In this document: one piece after another, positions 12,895 to 28,350 of the stretch
Layout: every line of letters begins with the position of its first letter
Position numbering within the stretch: the stretch's first letter is position 1
Source: the human T2T-CHM13v2.0 reference genome, Homo sapiens
DNA length: 64,000 bases
Strand: one strand, 5' to 3'
NCBI RefSeq assembly: GCF_009914755.1
Contig: NC_060928.1
Notes under the pieces: generated by a model
Told to the model about the DNA's origin: nothing
Databases searched by the model: none
What the model saw: only the letters and a program-made list of their open reading frames with translations
Position numbers and translations under genes: made by a program

Positions 12895-13212
12895 TCCATA
12901 TAAATACATATTTTTGGTAAATAGAAAAATCATATATATGTTTCAAGAATATATATAACACATATTCTTGAAATATATATTTTTGAAATAAATATATGAT
13001 TTCAAAAATATATATAACATCACATATATCATTTATATATAATCTTATATATTATATATAATTATATATTATATATGATTTATATATGTGAAACATGTTA
13101 TATATTCTATATATTATATATGATTTATATATGTGATATATGTTAATTTCTGATATAAGTTATATATTCTTATATAACATATTTTCTTGAAATATATATA
13201 TGTTATATATTC
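12895..13212. repeat. TA-rich low-complexity tract
   Basis: ~300 bp of degenerate TATAT/ATATA units. Confidence 0.85.
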
Positions 13213-13449
13213 TTTGCAAAATCACAAAATGTCTGGTGTTATAAAATTAAATATTTTGACAATATGACATTGTCAACATGTACTTTAGCACTTGGAAGAT
13301 ATGGTTTATAAGTGAACTAATAATCCTTTAATCCTTTTAGCTCAGTGTGTTATATTTGCCATCTTTACATGAATGTTGAAACCCTGAAAAGGAAATTGGG
13401 TTGGGCATACAGGCAGAACTGGTAAAAGGAACCTGGTTACTTACAGCAA

Positions 13450-17302
<3,853 letters not shown>

Positions 17303-18524
17303 ATTCAAAGCAAGTTAATGACTCGAAAGTTTGTATTTTAAAGTGTTTTCAAACTCAAATATTAATTCTTAACCTTTTCCTATCAAGATTATCTCCAGAA
17401 TATGGCAGTATATTATATTTTACTATGATTTACATAACATAAATGTTAGAAATACTTTAAAATTTATCTTAAGGATAATTCTTATAGTAAACTATAGATT
17501 ATAATTATTAATATTTTTCTGCATTCTGTGAGTTCTCTGATATGAATTAATCCAAACTTGTTATGAAATTTTACTTTGCTGATTTCAAGAAGGAACACAG
17601 CATGTTTACAGATTAGTGCTAAATGCAATTATCAATGGAAATATATGAAGTCAATTGATCTTTCATACATACAAATGAGAATGAAAGAGAGAGAGAGAAA
17701 TCATATTGGAGAAAATCAAAACGTGATTTTCCTTAATTTTACCTCCTACAAAATGGGATTCAGGAAATCCTAGACTTTTTATATAATTGGCATTTTTTTT
17801 GGTAATTTTTTATTTGAAACATTTGAAGTACCACTTACAACTAATAACTACTGAATGATATTGTGTAATGACCTAGGAAAGAATCTGTAAGCTGAATTTA
17901 CCAATAATATACAGCACTAATACAACTACTCTATAAATGTGAACTACTGGTAAGAATATACAGTAAAATACACACACACATTCACACACAAACAAATGAA
18001 CATATGCATATAAATGTTTTTGTTTCTTTGCCAAGTTATTTAAATGTTCATTCTAAATTTTCAGCTGCTTAATAGAGGATTTATAGATAGATGTTGCTCT
18101 GGCTTCTGCAGTCATGTCATTTATATATTCATTTCTCTCTGTTTAATCTTTGAACATAATCAATTTTGTTTTTCTACTCATAGCTCATACATAGTCTTTC
18201 GCTTTGTGTAGTGATAAAATCAAATCTTATATTCTTTCTAAGGTCTTAATCACATTCACATAGCTCACAGCTGAGTGATCAGAATATACTGAAACAAAAA
18301 AAAAAAAAACATTTGTTGCAAAATGCTGCAATTATCTGAGTATTTGTTCTGCCTACAGAGTTGCTTTGATAAACTCTTCTGCAGAGCATTTGAACACACT
18401 TATTTTCTACTGGAGTGCTGCATTCGGCTATAGGGGACCATAACCTAAAATGAAGATTCAAACATATCAAAATAGTAACATTAAAGTAAACCAGTCCTGT
18501 ATCATGAAAAGAGTTGAAAACACT

Positions 18525-18646
18525 GTTTACCCAGTTTCCATGGCATAATCCAGGTTTATACCTGGTATCCTGGCATAATTTCTAATGCTAATCCTTTTAC
18601 TCACAAAAGTGTCTCAATTTTGGCAGCAAATTTTATGGCAACCTTA
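18525..18646 (-). mobile_element. MER94-like hAT-Blackjack MITE
   Basis: CCAGGTTTATACCTGGTATCCTGGCATAATT..CTCACAAAAGTGTCTC..AAATTTTATGGCAACCTT. Confidence 0.65.
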
Positions 18647-18679
18647 CTTATGAGGCACATGATACATGCCTTTAGTCGC

Positions 18680-18955
18680 TTGAAAGACTGTCATATGGAG
18701 GAGGCATAAATATAAATTTGCATGAGATAAGGATAGAAATAGCTCAATGAGTAGAAGCTTTTAAGAACACACCTTTTTGGATCAGTATATAAAGGACTGT
18801 TTAAAATTGGGAGATAACCTCTCTTCAAATGAGGTGACACTACTGTCATTGGAGGTATTTAACTATAGATGAAAGACAACTTGTCAGATTTTGGCAAGGG
18901 AATTTAAGCATCAGATGGATGATTGGATTAAAGGATATTTAAGTTTCCTTTCAAT
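18680..18955 (+). mobile_element. L3/CR1 LINE 3' fragment
   Basis: TTGAAAGACTGTCATATGGAGGAGG..TGTCATTGGAGGTATTTAA..CAACTTGTCAG..TTGGATTAAAGGATATTTAAGTTTCCTTTCAA resembles the L3 3' end. Confidence 0.7.
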
Positions 18956-19049
18956 ATAATAGTTTGTAAATAACATATATAAGAAAACAATACAAATAAT
19001 AGTTCTATTACATAATTTGCCTTTGTATATTAACATTTAATTATTTTTC

Positions 19050-19200
19050 CCCTAAATTCATGATAGTATCATTTTCCACTCCTCCCCTACTTTCTTAATG
19101 AAGAAACTGAAGTTTAGTGCGGTTAACTGACTTTTTCAAAGTCATTATAATTTTGTAGCAATAGTTGTATTTACATCCTGGCATTCTGGTTCACATAACC
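19050..19200 (-). mobile_element. MIR fragment
   Basis: ATGAAGAAACTGAAGTTTAG..GGTTAACTGACTT..CAAAGTCA. Confidence 0.65.
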
Positions 19201-19352
19201 ATGCAATTGATCATGTCTATCATCATTAACATGATTGAAATAGTAGGATACACATTTATAATTTGATACTCTTTATTGAGGGCTCACTATATCCATGTTC
19301 TCTGGTAAACACTTTTCATGTGTTCTTTTTATCAGAATTCTGTGTGGTATAT

Positions 19353-19632
19353 GCCAGGTGTGCCTGTAATGCCAGCACTTTGGGAGGCTGAGGCAGGCAG
19401 ATCCCTTGAGCTCAGGAGGTAGACACCAGCCTGGCAACATGGTGAAACTCTATCTCTACAAAAAATACAAAAATTAGCCAGGTGTGGTGGTGCACACTTG
19501 CCTGAGCTACTTGAGAGACTGAGGTAAGAGGATGGCTTCAGGGCACGAGGCAGAGATTGCAGTGAGCCTGAGATCTGGCCACTACACTCCACCTTGGCCC
19601 ATAGACACAGACCTTGTCTCAAAAAAAAAAAA
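19353..19632 (+). mobile_element. AluJ (Jb-like)
   Basis: CTTGAGCTCAGGAG, GAGGATGGCTT, AGACCTTGTCTC followed by an A tail. Confidence 0.9.
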
Positions 19633-19759
19633 GAAAGAAAAGAGAGAGAGAGAGAGAGAAGAAAAGAAGAGAAAGGAAGGAAAGGAAAGGAAGGAAAAAG
19701 AAGGGAAGGGAAGGGAAGGGAAGGGAAGGGAAGGGAAGGGAAGGGAAGGGAAGGGAAGG
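19621..19759 (+). repeat. Compound polypurine STR in the Alu tail ending in (AAGGG)11
   Basis: A-run, GAAA, (GA)n and GGAA units, then 11 perfect AAGGG at 19701-19755. Confidence 0.97.
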
Positions 19760-20869
19760 CAAGGCCAGGCCCAATGTGGTAATAGTCAGGACTCTCCTAC
19801 TCAGATAAGGAAATATAATTCAATCGTGTTTAGAATACCGATGGCAACAGAGGGCAGTCCAGAAGAGCTGCTGACATCATGCTGGGTGCAGTGGGGAGGC
19901 GCAGGCATGGTGGCAGGAGCAGCTGCTGGATCAGCAATGGCAGCAGTGGGTCCCCTGTGCCCTGCTTCCCTGAGGCAGCCAACTGTGCTGTTGTCATCCT
20001 TGTGTGGCCAGGTGAGACCTTTTGCCAGGCCTGGAACTTGTGCCGCTCTGGAGCCTAACCCTGCATCACTTCTCTTGCCCACCACTGCTGCGGGGAGGGC
20101 ACAGGGCGTAGGTGGAGCTGGGCCCAGAGTGCTGCCAAGCTTCAGGGACCCAGCAGGAGGCAGGGACAAGTGAGATCCCCCGTGAAGCCCACTGCCCTGG
20201 GGGCTGCTGTGATGGGGCTGGCCAAGCCTACATCTGGCAGGGGAGCAGTGTGGTCAGGCACAGAGGGGCAGGCAGAGAGGGGACCAGCAAAGACCTGGAG
20301 CCCCCGCCCCAGGCTGTAAGGACATGGGCATCTCTGCACTCTGCACCCTTGGTGTCTGGGAAGGCCTTTCCTTCCCCTGCAGGCTTATGGGTGTCTGCTT
20401 CCACTGCCTGGCCTTTCCCCACTACTGATGCCCTCTCCAGTCTCAGAGTAGGGTTGGCGCCAAGCCCAGGTACTGTCACAGCCCCGGTAGGTGTGGTCAC
20501 GCTTGAGACAGTGTTGATGCAGCAGCCCCCTGCTGCTTCAGCCTCTTGCCGAATTTGGGTGCCAATGAGCATGAGGGGAAGCCAAGTGGAGGCTGAGGGC
20601 TGCTCCGTGTTGGCCTGCAGTTGTTCCTTGGTGCCAGCAGCCTGGGTGCCACAGGGATGACAGTAGACAGACAGGCTCGGAGGCAGAAGGGGGTGGGGCA
20701 GATCCCTGGTGAGGCAGGATCTTCAGGCCAGGCAGGGTCTGAAGGTTGCCAACCAGGCTGCCAGTCCATGGACAGAAGTGTGAACTTGTGGTGCCTTTCC
20801 TGGCCCACTCATAGCTCTCCTTGGACCAGTCAGTGCACACTTCCTCTCCTCCTCTGAGGCTCATAAAAT

Positions 20870-21559
20870 TGTGTCCCATGTTGGGTGCCAAAATATGTCT
20901 GGAATTTATTCCTTCCAGTGGGTTCTTGGTCTCACCGACTTCAAGAATTAAACCACAGACCCTCGCAGTGAGTGTTACAGCTCTTAAAATGGTATCTGGA
21001 GTTTGTTCCTTCAAATGTTCAGATGTGTCTAGAATTTCTTACTTCCAACGGGTTTCTGGTCTCGGTAACTTCAAGAGTAATGCTGCAGACCTTCACAGCC
21101 AGTGTTACAGCTCTTAAAGGTGGCACGTCTGGAAATGTTTGTTCCTCCCAGTGGGTTTGCGGTCTTGCTGACTTCAGGAATGAAGCTGTAGACCCTCGTT
21201 GTGAGTGTTACACCTCATAAAGGTAATACAGACCCAAACAGTCAGCAGCACTGTGAAGAGCAAAAGAACAAAGCTCCCACAGAGTGGAAGACGATCTGAG
21301 CAAGTCGCCTCTGTTGGCTGGAGGGCGGGGGTGGCCAGCTTTTATTCCCTTATTTGGCCCCACCCACGTCCTGCTGATTGGTCCATTTTGCAGAGCTCTG
21401 ATTGGTCCATTTTACAGAGTGCTGATTGGCCCATTTTACAGAGTGCTGATTGGTGTGTTTTTACAGAGTGCTGATTGGTGCATTTACAATCCTTTAGCTA
21501 GACACAAAAGTTCTCCAAGTACCCACCCAACCCAGAAGCCCAGCTGGTTTCACCTCCCA
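20870..21559 (-). mobile_element. LTR12 (ERV9/HERV9 LTR; short LTR12/LTR12F-like) plus PBS extension
   Basis: The reverse complement starts TGGGAGGTGAAACCAGCTGGGCTTCTGGG; U5 repeats GTGTTACAGCTCTTAAA; tandem CTGATTGG units; 4-bp TSD AAAT/AAAG. Confidence 0.93.
21320..21480 (-). promoter_or_regulatory. LTR12 U3 promoter: five tandem CCAAT (NF-Y) boxes, AATAAAA TATA-like box, GC box
   Basis: CTGATTGG x5 at ~24-bp spacing, CTTTTATT at ~21339, GGGCGGGG at ~21323. Activity is not shown. Confidence 0.6.
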
Positions 21560-22354
21560 AAAGGTCTGGACTCAGCCAGAGCTGAGCAGATGACAGTGCA
21601 ACCAGCTGCAGAGAGGCACTACCATCTCTCTATGCTGGGAGCTAAACACTTGACGGGACACCCTAGCTGCAGAAAGGAGCTACCTCTGTGGGTCTCCTCT
21701 GAGCTGTTCTGTCACTCAATAAAGCTCCTCTTCATCTTGCTCACCTTTCACTTATCTGCCTACCTCATTCTTCCTGGTTATAGGATAATAACTGGGGATC
21801 TGATGAATAGGGAGGTAAAAGAGCTATATAACACAACCAAGGCTGAAACATACCCATTGCTCACCACATTGTGGCTGAAGAGAAAGAGAGAAGAGCTTTG
21901 GCCCTTTGGGGAACCCAGTTCTGGGAGCTCCTGGAGCCAGGGCTGTGACTCCTTCTTTAGGGCCCTGCAGTTCCTGGCATTTCCAAGCTTCTGGGCACCA
22001 CCATTGTCCCCAGTGCCAGCTGTGGAAGTTGCTTGCTGTGTGCCTGGGACAGCCACAGCCTCTCAAAGAGTGGCTGCCCATGCTGGCACCTGGAACTGCC
22101 TGTCCTGCTGCAGCAGCCAGCGTGCCTGACTGTGTCAGTGGCTGGACCCCATGCTCACTCACACACACTCGCAGCTCCACAACTGGCTCATCCTTGGAGA
22201 GTGTGGGATCCAGGCTGATAGCATGAGCTGAGCACAGCCTGCCAGGCCAAGTGGGTGAAACGAGCCCACCAGGCCTGAGCGAAACTTGAGCAAAGAGGCC
22301 ACCAGCCACAGGGGTTTCTGGCCAGAAAACTGACACCCCAAGGATCCTGTAACA

Positions 22355-22797
22355 ACATTAGGCCATGTAGCTCACAATAGAGAGTATGTGAAGCCTTAAT
22401 GCTGGCCTTGAAAGGGGTAGATCCAAATGCTTTAACAAAATAACTTCAAATCTATGTTGTTTTTCTCATAGCTTGACTCCATTTTACTCTGTATTGGCTT
22501 AATTCTTAGGCAGGCTTCCTCCATGTACAGCAGAATACCTCTGACAATTCTAGGTTTATTTCTCTCTCACAGCAAACAGTATCGGAAAAGTACACAGACT
22601 GCCCTGCTGTGGGTTAGCATTTACTCCTAGACAGTAGCTGTGTACATATATGTGGAATAATCTGACTGGCCTAGTCACATGCTCAACTCAAATGTGCCCT
22701 CGACAAGTCCACTAGAATCCCATGGATGAAATTTCTAAAAGAAAATTTTAAATGCCATTATCAGAACTGGAAGATATATCAGATTAGACAAAAAACA
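22355..22797 (-). mobile_element. Old MLT1K-like MaLR LTR (first piece ~19780-19838, split by MER52)
   Basis: TAGTCAGGACTCT start, TTGGCTTAATTCTTAGGCAGGCT, TCTGACTGGCCTAGTCACATGCTCA. Confidence 0.6.
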
Positions 22798-22799
22798 TG

Positions 22800-23035
22800 C
22801 AGTTGACCCTTAGCAGGGGTTTGAATGACACAAATCCACTTATGCCTGGACTTTATTTCAACTATATGCAGATAGAAATTACAGTATTTGTGGGATTCAA
22901 AACTCGTTTATATGGAGTGCTGATTTTTAATATACAAGGGTTCTGTAGGGCCAATTGCAGGATTTGAGTATGTGCAGATTTTGGTATATGTGGTGGTCCT
23001 GGAACCAATCACATGAGTATAACAAGAGATAACTG
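22800..23035 (-). mobile_element. MER8 (TcMar-Tigger MITE)
   Basis: TIRs CAGTTGACCCTT / GAGATAACTG plus TA; GATTTTGGTATA..GGTCCTGGAACCAATC. Confidence 0.85.
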
Positions 23036-25120
23036 TATTATATAATCATTAGATGGAGAAATAATGACCACACCTGTTGTATTTGGTCCTAAGTCTGTCC
23101 AATATAAATAACTAGTTAATGGCAATAATGAGTTTCAAACCCAGGATTTCATAGATTTTGCAAATCCTATCCCACCTTGAAGCTGCTATGAAATGTTTAT
23201 TAACAGCAAGATAGCATTTTTAATAAGCTTTATTTAATTTGCAAGCAATTCTTCTATATTTCCTATTTTTATAAAATTATTATGTTAATGGAAGTAAAAC
23301 AATATATATTCAAATAACTTAAATGGATAATTCACTTGCCTAAATCTCTAGATCTAGAAATGAGGGAATAGGATACCTCAGATTAAGAAAAAAAGCAAAG
23401 CAGAAAGAATACACAGCAGCAACAATAAAAGTAAGGCTGTTTTGAGTAAATATTGGTTTATGTTTTGAAGATGGAAGTAGTTATAATTGGCCAAATAATT
23501 GTTCATTAGTCAATTGTTTGTTATATTAGCAGTTTAGAAGCATACATTCTTCTCAAATTGCATACTGATTCAAGTTCTCTTGTTCACTAGTATTTTGAAC
23601 AAATATATATATATTCATTTATATATATATATATTTGTTGAGTATAATTCAACAAATTTTTTCATTTATATCAAACAATTTTTTTATTTCTTATTTTGAA
23701 AATCTTTCTTTGGAAATGATTTATTATTTCTTTAATAAAATATTGACTCAAATGGAATATGGGGAGCTTCTGGGGCTGAAATGCAATTAAATCCCATCTA
23801 AAGGAATTTAATTGCTTCTTTCCTTTATAAGGGAGATAATTACTTGTCCTATTTCTAAAGCTGTTCTGTTAAGTCTAGTGAAGGAAAATTAAGATTTTAA
23901 CTTGAAGGCAGAAAATGTTTCGTGTGTGTGTGTGTACACATATATACATATAATGTTATATAAAGAGTTTTGAGGTTAATATTGCAAGGAATGGACAACA
24001 GACACCATGATTTAATTTCCAACATAAACACCTGAGGTTGAAAATAATCCTTGCCTGACTGTCCTTGCCAAAAAGGGGAGTAAATTAATTGATAAAGAAA
24101 AATGATGAAAAACTTGAAGAGTCAAAGAAGCAAAAGCACAATGACATACTAAAGTTAAAACGAAAACTTTACTGGAAATCTAAAGTTACTCACTGTTCAA
24201 CGTATATTACCTCAATTTAGTTGACTTCCAAGTGACTTTCAGTGAAATTCTTGGAACTAATAGATCTATTTATCTTCTTTATAGATAAAATGCTTTGATA
24301 TAAATGTAGATTGAGTTATTATTTCTGGACTCATATGTATCTGAAAAAAAGCTTGAACTGGTAAATCTTTCAAAACAAATAATTTGATTCAAATACCATA
24401 GACTAATCAAGAAAGACATGTATTTTCTCATATAATTTAATTAATTTTTTGTCAGGTCACCTAATTTGCATGAGAACTAAACACTTTTTTCTGCCACTCT
24501 GGAAACATATATTCTAGCATTCTAATAAGTTTTATGTATTTTCTATTTTTTATGCTTACCTTACTCCAGTGTGATTACACAGTGTGTGGCTCACACAGTT
24601 ACTACATAACACCCAGACTGCCTCTATCTCCCTGATTTTGGAATTCTAGTTCTTGTGTGTAGTATGTGACACTTCTCTTTCAAAACAATGTGGAGAATCT
24701 TGAGTGCATTTCAAAAGAGTTTGTGTCAGTGGGAATCAGTTAGAGGCACAAATTCTAACACATAAGGCTAAAAACAAACAAACATGAGGAAGGGAGTTGA
24801 GTGGTAAATAAATCTGAAGTTTTTGAGGTTGCTTTACCTAGAAAAGAAAAAGTGCATAGTGATTCTTTGCAACATCTCCATTTGGGTTTCTAATGCCTAG
24901 CAACTTTGGTTATGAAGGTTTGATTTGATATATTCACTCATCTTCATTAAATTATCTTAGTAGATGATCTTGCATCCAACTGTGTACTGATGTTTTTCTT
25001 TCTGTAGCTTACCAGAAGATGCATCAGTCTTTGTGAGAGATAACACCTCTACCTGTGCTCTTACACCCATTATCAGCTGCTTCTTCCTAAAAGTAACACT
25101 TCATCTTCCATCAAGCACTA

Positions 25121-26527
25121 TTTTATTTTATTTTATTATTTTTATTATAGTTTAAGTTCTAGGGTACATGTGCACAACGTGCAGGTTTGTTACATATGTA
25201 TACATGTGTCATGTTGGTGTGCTGCATCCATTAACTCATCATTTACATCAGACATTCCTCTTAATGCTATCCCTCTCCCCTCCCTCCTCTCCCCTCCCCC
25301 CACCCTAAGACAGGCCCAAGTGTGTGATGATACCCGCCCTGTGTCCAAGTGTTTTCATTGTTCAATGCCCACCTATGAGTGAGAACATGCGGTGTTTGAT
25401 TTTCTGTCCTTGTGATAGTTTGCTCCGAATGATGGTTTCCAGCTTCATCCATGTCCCTACAAAGGACATGAACTCATCTTTTTTATGGCTGCATAGTATT
25501 CCATGATGTATATGTGCCACATTTGCTTAATCTAGTCTATCACTGATGGACATTTGGGTTGGTTCCAAGTCTTTGCTATTGTGAATAGTGCCACAAATAA
25601 ACATACCTATGCATGTGTCTTTATAGTAGCATGATTTATAATCCTTTGAGTATATATCCATTAATGGGATCACTGGGTCAAATGGCAATTCTAGTTCTAG
25701 ATCACTGAGGAATTGCCACACTGTCTTCCACAATGGTTGAACTAGTTTACACTGCAACCAACAGTGTAAAAGCATTCCTATTTCTCCCCATCCTCTCCAG
25801 CACCTGTTGTTTCCTCACTTTTTAATGATCACCATTCTAACTGATGTAAGATGGTATCTCATTGTGGTTTTAATTTGCATTTCTCTGATGACCAGTGATG
25901 ATGAGCATATTTTCATGTGTCTGTTGGCCACATAAATGTCTTCTTTTAAGAAGTGTCTGTTCATATCCTTCACCCACTTTTTGATGGGGTTGATTTTTTC
26001 TTGTAAATGTAAATTTGTTTAAGTTCTTTGTAGATACTGGATATCTTTGCCAAATGGGTGGATTGCAAAAATTTTCTCCCATTCTGTAGTTGTCTCTTCA
26101 CTCTGATGGTAGTTTCTTTTGCTGTGCAGAAGCTCTTTAGTTTAATTAGACCCCATTTATCTATGTTGGCTTTTGTTGCCATTGCTTTTGGTGTTTTAGT
26201 CATGAAGTCCTTGCCCATGCCTATGTCCTGAATGGTATTGCCTAGGTTTTCTTCTAGAGTTTTTATGGTTTTAGGTCTAACATGTAAGTCTTTAATCCAT
26301 CTTGAATTAATTTTTGTGTAAGGTGTAAGGAAGGGATGCAGTTTCAGCTTTCTACATATATCTAGTCAGTTTTCCCATTTATTAAATTGGGAACCCTTTC
26401 CCCATTTCTTGTTTTTGTCAGTTTTGTCAAAGATCAGATGGTTGTAGATGTGTGATGTTATTTCTGAGACCTCTGTTCTGTTCCATTGGTCTATATCTCT
26501 GTTTTGGTACCAGTACCACGCTGTTTT
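25121..26527 (-). mobile_element. L1PA (PA5-PA7-like), 5'-truncated, 1.4 kb
   Basis: TTAAGTTCTAGGGTACATGTGCACAACGTGCAGG 3' end; ORF2 C-terminal peptides ([17 protein letters not shown]); TSD CATCAAGCACTATTTT/CATCAAGGTCTATTTT. Confidence 0.95.
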
Positions 26528-27399
26528 CTCATCAAGGTCTATTTTAATCTTGAATTTTTATTTGAAATGGTGTGTCTTTTCCAAACACATTTATCTTATA
26601 TGAAATGCCTTAAATGCATCCACATTATTTTTCCAACTTAACCATAACATTCTAGTTTTTTTTCTTGCACTTTGCACAAAACGACCAAACTTTCTTTTTC
26701 AAAGACAACATACGCAGGGGTATTCATTACTCCACCAAAATAGATCTGATATTTTGATACCCACAATTCTCCATCTGTATGCCAGATGCTTAAAGCCACG
26801 TGGCACTGCTCATATTTTAAATAAATAAATGTGAAATATTCAAGATGGGTAAAGGGCAGTGTTAATGTTTTACATGTGTGCCACCATTATTCAGTACTAT
26901 ATTAATCTTCCTTTAGATTTTAAATATCATTTGAAAAGTGAATGCTGCAATTATGGGGAATAGATACAGAAAAAATAAATCAACATATTTAACTTCTCAC
27001 TACTAACCTCATATGTAATAACTTTGGAAAAATTTTTAAGCAAAGAACAAATACTTGAGTTATGTTGACATGAAACACAAAATGTGAAAGGTCATTGAAT
27101 TATAGACACATTTTGGGTGAAGATTTGCTTTCTTGATGTTGATATTAGTTTATTATTATTATTTACTGCAATATGTTAAATTTTATACAAAATATGGATA
27201 AATTCAATTTTAAGATTTGTTATGTAAAAAAATCCTAGATTAAACATGTATACAAGTAGGTCGATGTAACTTAAAATCATTATAAATATACTTTTGCATA
27301 TTTCTTTTCTCCTTTTGTTTCATTTGAATGTTGAAATTTTTATGTCCTCTTTGCTAATATGCAATAATAAGCAGAATTATTAGGGTAGATTGCTTATCC

Positions 27400-28350
27400 T
27401 ATTTACTTCCCATATACTTTTACTGATCTCTCAATTAGTTTTCTCTTTATTGCATCAAAATTCTACTGTTTAAATAACTTCTTAAATGGTTTCCCTGCCT
27501 ATAGATTTCTTCATTTTAGAGAGACCCTCTTGAGTAACTATTTATCCTTAAAATATTACATTTTCTTGCTTCCTTTTTAAAAAAATCCTTAGTGGTTTTC
27601 TGTTTTCTAGAGATAAATCTCCCAAATTTTAGCATACTTTTTCATATTGTGCTAGATTACCAACAACAAATTTTCCTAATTTCATTTCTTATTTCCTTAA
27701 AACACAGGTGACTGTATTTAGGATATCTCTTGCTCCTCGGCATTCAAAAGCATGGAAGACACCCTCACCTTTCTTCTCAGGCAACCCAAATGCTTCCAAG
27801 TGCTCAAACTAAACATTCAAATTTAAAGGGGTAAGTTAAAAAAAGAGATGCATTTATTCATTATCCCCCTATTCTATATGGAAAAGGTGCATACACCCAT
27901 ATGGAAAGGTTATTACACATAGAAGTACATATGTATGGAAAAAATACACAAATCTGTAAATCTTTGGCTAATTCAGCAATAAGTGAATGTTATATTGTAA
28001 ATGTTGCAGGTTATATTTAATCATTATATAATAGAATAGAAAGAGCATGTATTAAAATATGAGTAACAGAAAAAAAACTTGTGAAAATGTCTTTGCAAAA
28101 CACCTAATCATTTACTGCTAAAATTAATGTAGTAATTAAATATGTGCTTTACAGGAAAATATTTCTGTTTTCTTGAACTGTTAATTTAAGTCCTTTTTGT
28201 TCATTTTGTAGTTAACTATCTGGTTTCCCCAACTAGCTTGTTAGATCCTTGGAAAAGGTGACATTTTCTTAGGTTATTATAAACAACTGAAAATAATTCA
28301 CAGAGCACTCTGTATAGAGGTAGGGACTCAATAAATTTTTTTTGTTTGAT
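27400..28350 (+). mobile_element. Decayed L2 fragments (~27400-27800 and 3' end ~28215-28350)
   Basis: CTTCTTAAATGGTTTCCCTGCC, AAATCCTTAGTGGTTT, CCCCAACTAGCTTGTTAGATCCTTG, GTAGGGACTCAATAAAT. Confidence 0.55.

Larger units (their letters stand above)
19839..22354 (+). mobile_element. MER52-family long ERV1 LTR (~1.8 kb net), interrupted by LTR12
   Basis: GC-rich; starts (T/C)GATGGCA; GGACTCAGCCAGA, CTCAATAAAGCTCCTCTTC poly(A) signal; ends GACACCCCAAGGATCCTGTAACA. Confidence 0.88.

Noticed and set aside
19532-20173. 213-aa ORF with GKGRE repeats
   Set aside because: Read-through of an Alu, a stop-free purine STR and MER52.
21370-21480. Regularly spaced ~24-bp repeats that could suggest a CRISPR-like array
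   Set aside because: There are no unique spacers; these are the known LTR12 tandem CCAAT units in primate DNA.
21284-22129. 281-aa ORF, the longest in the window
   Set aside because: It spans antisense LTR12 CCAAT repeats (LIGPFYRV units) and MER52; a typical repeat-derived pseudo-ORF.
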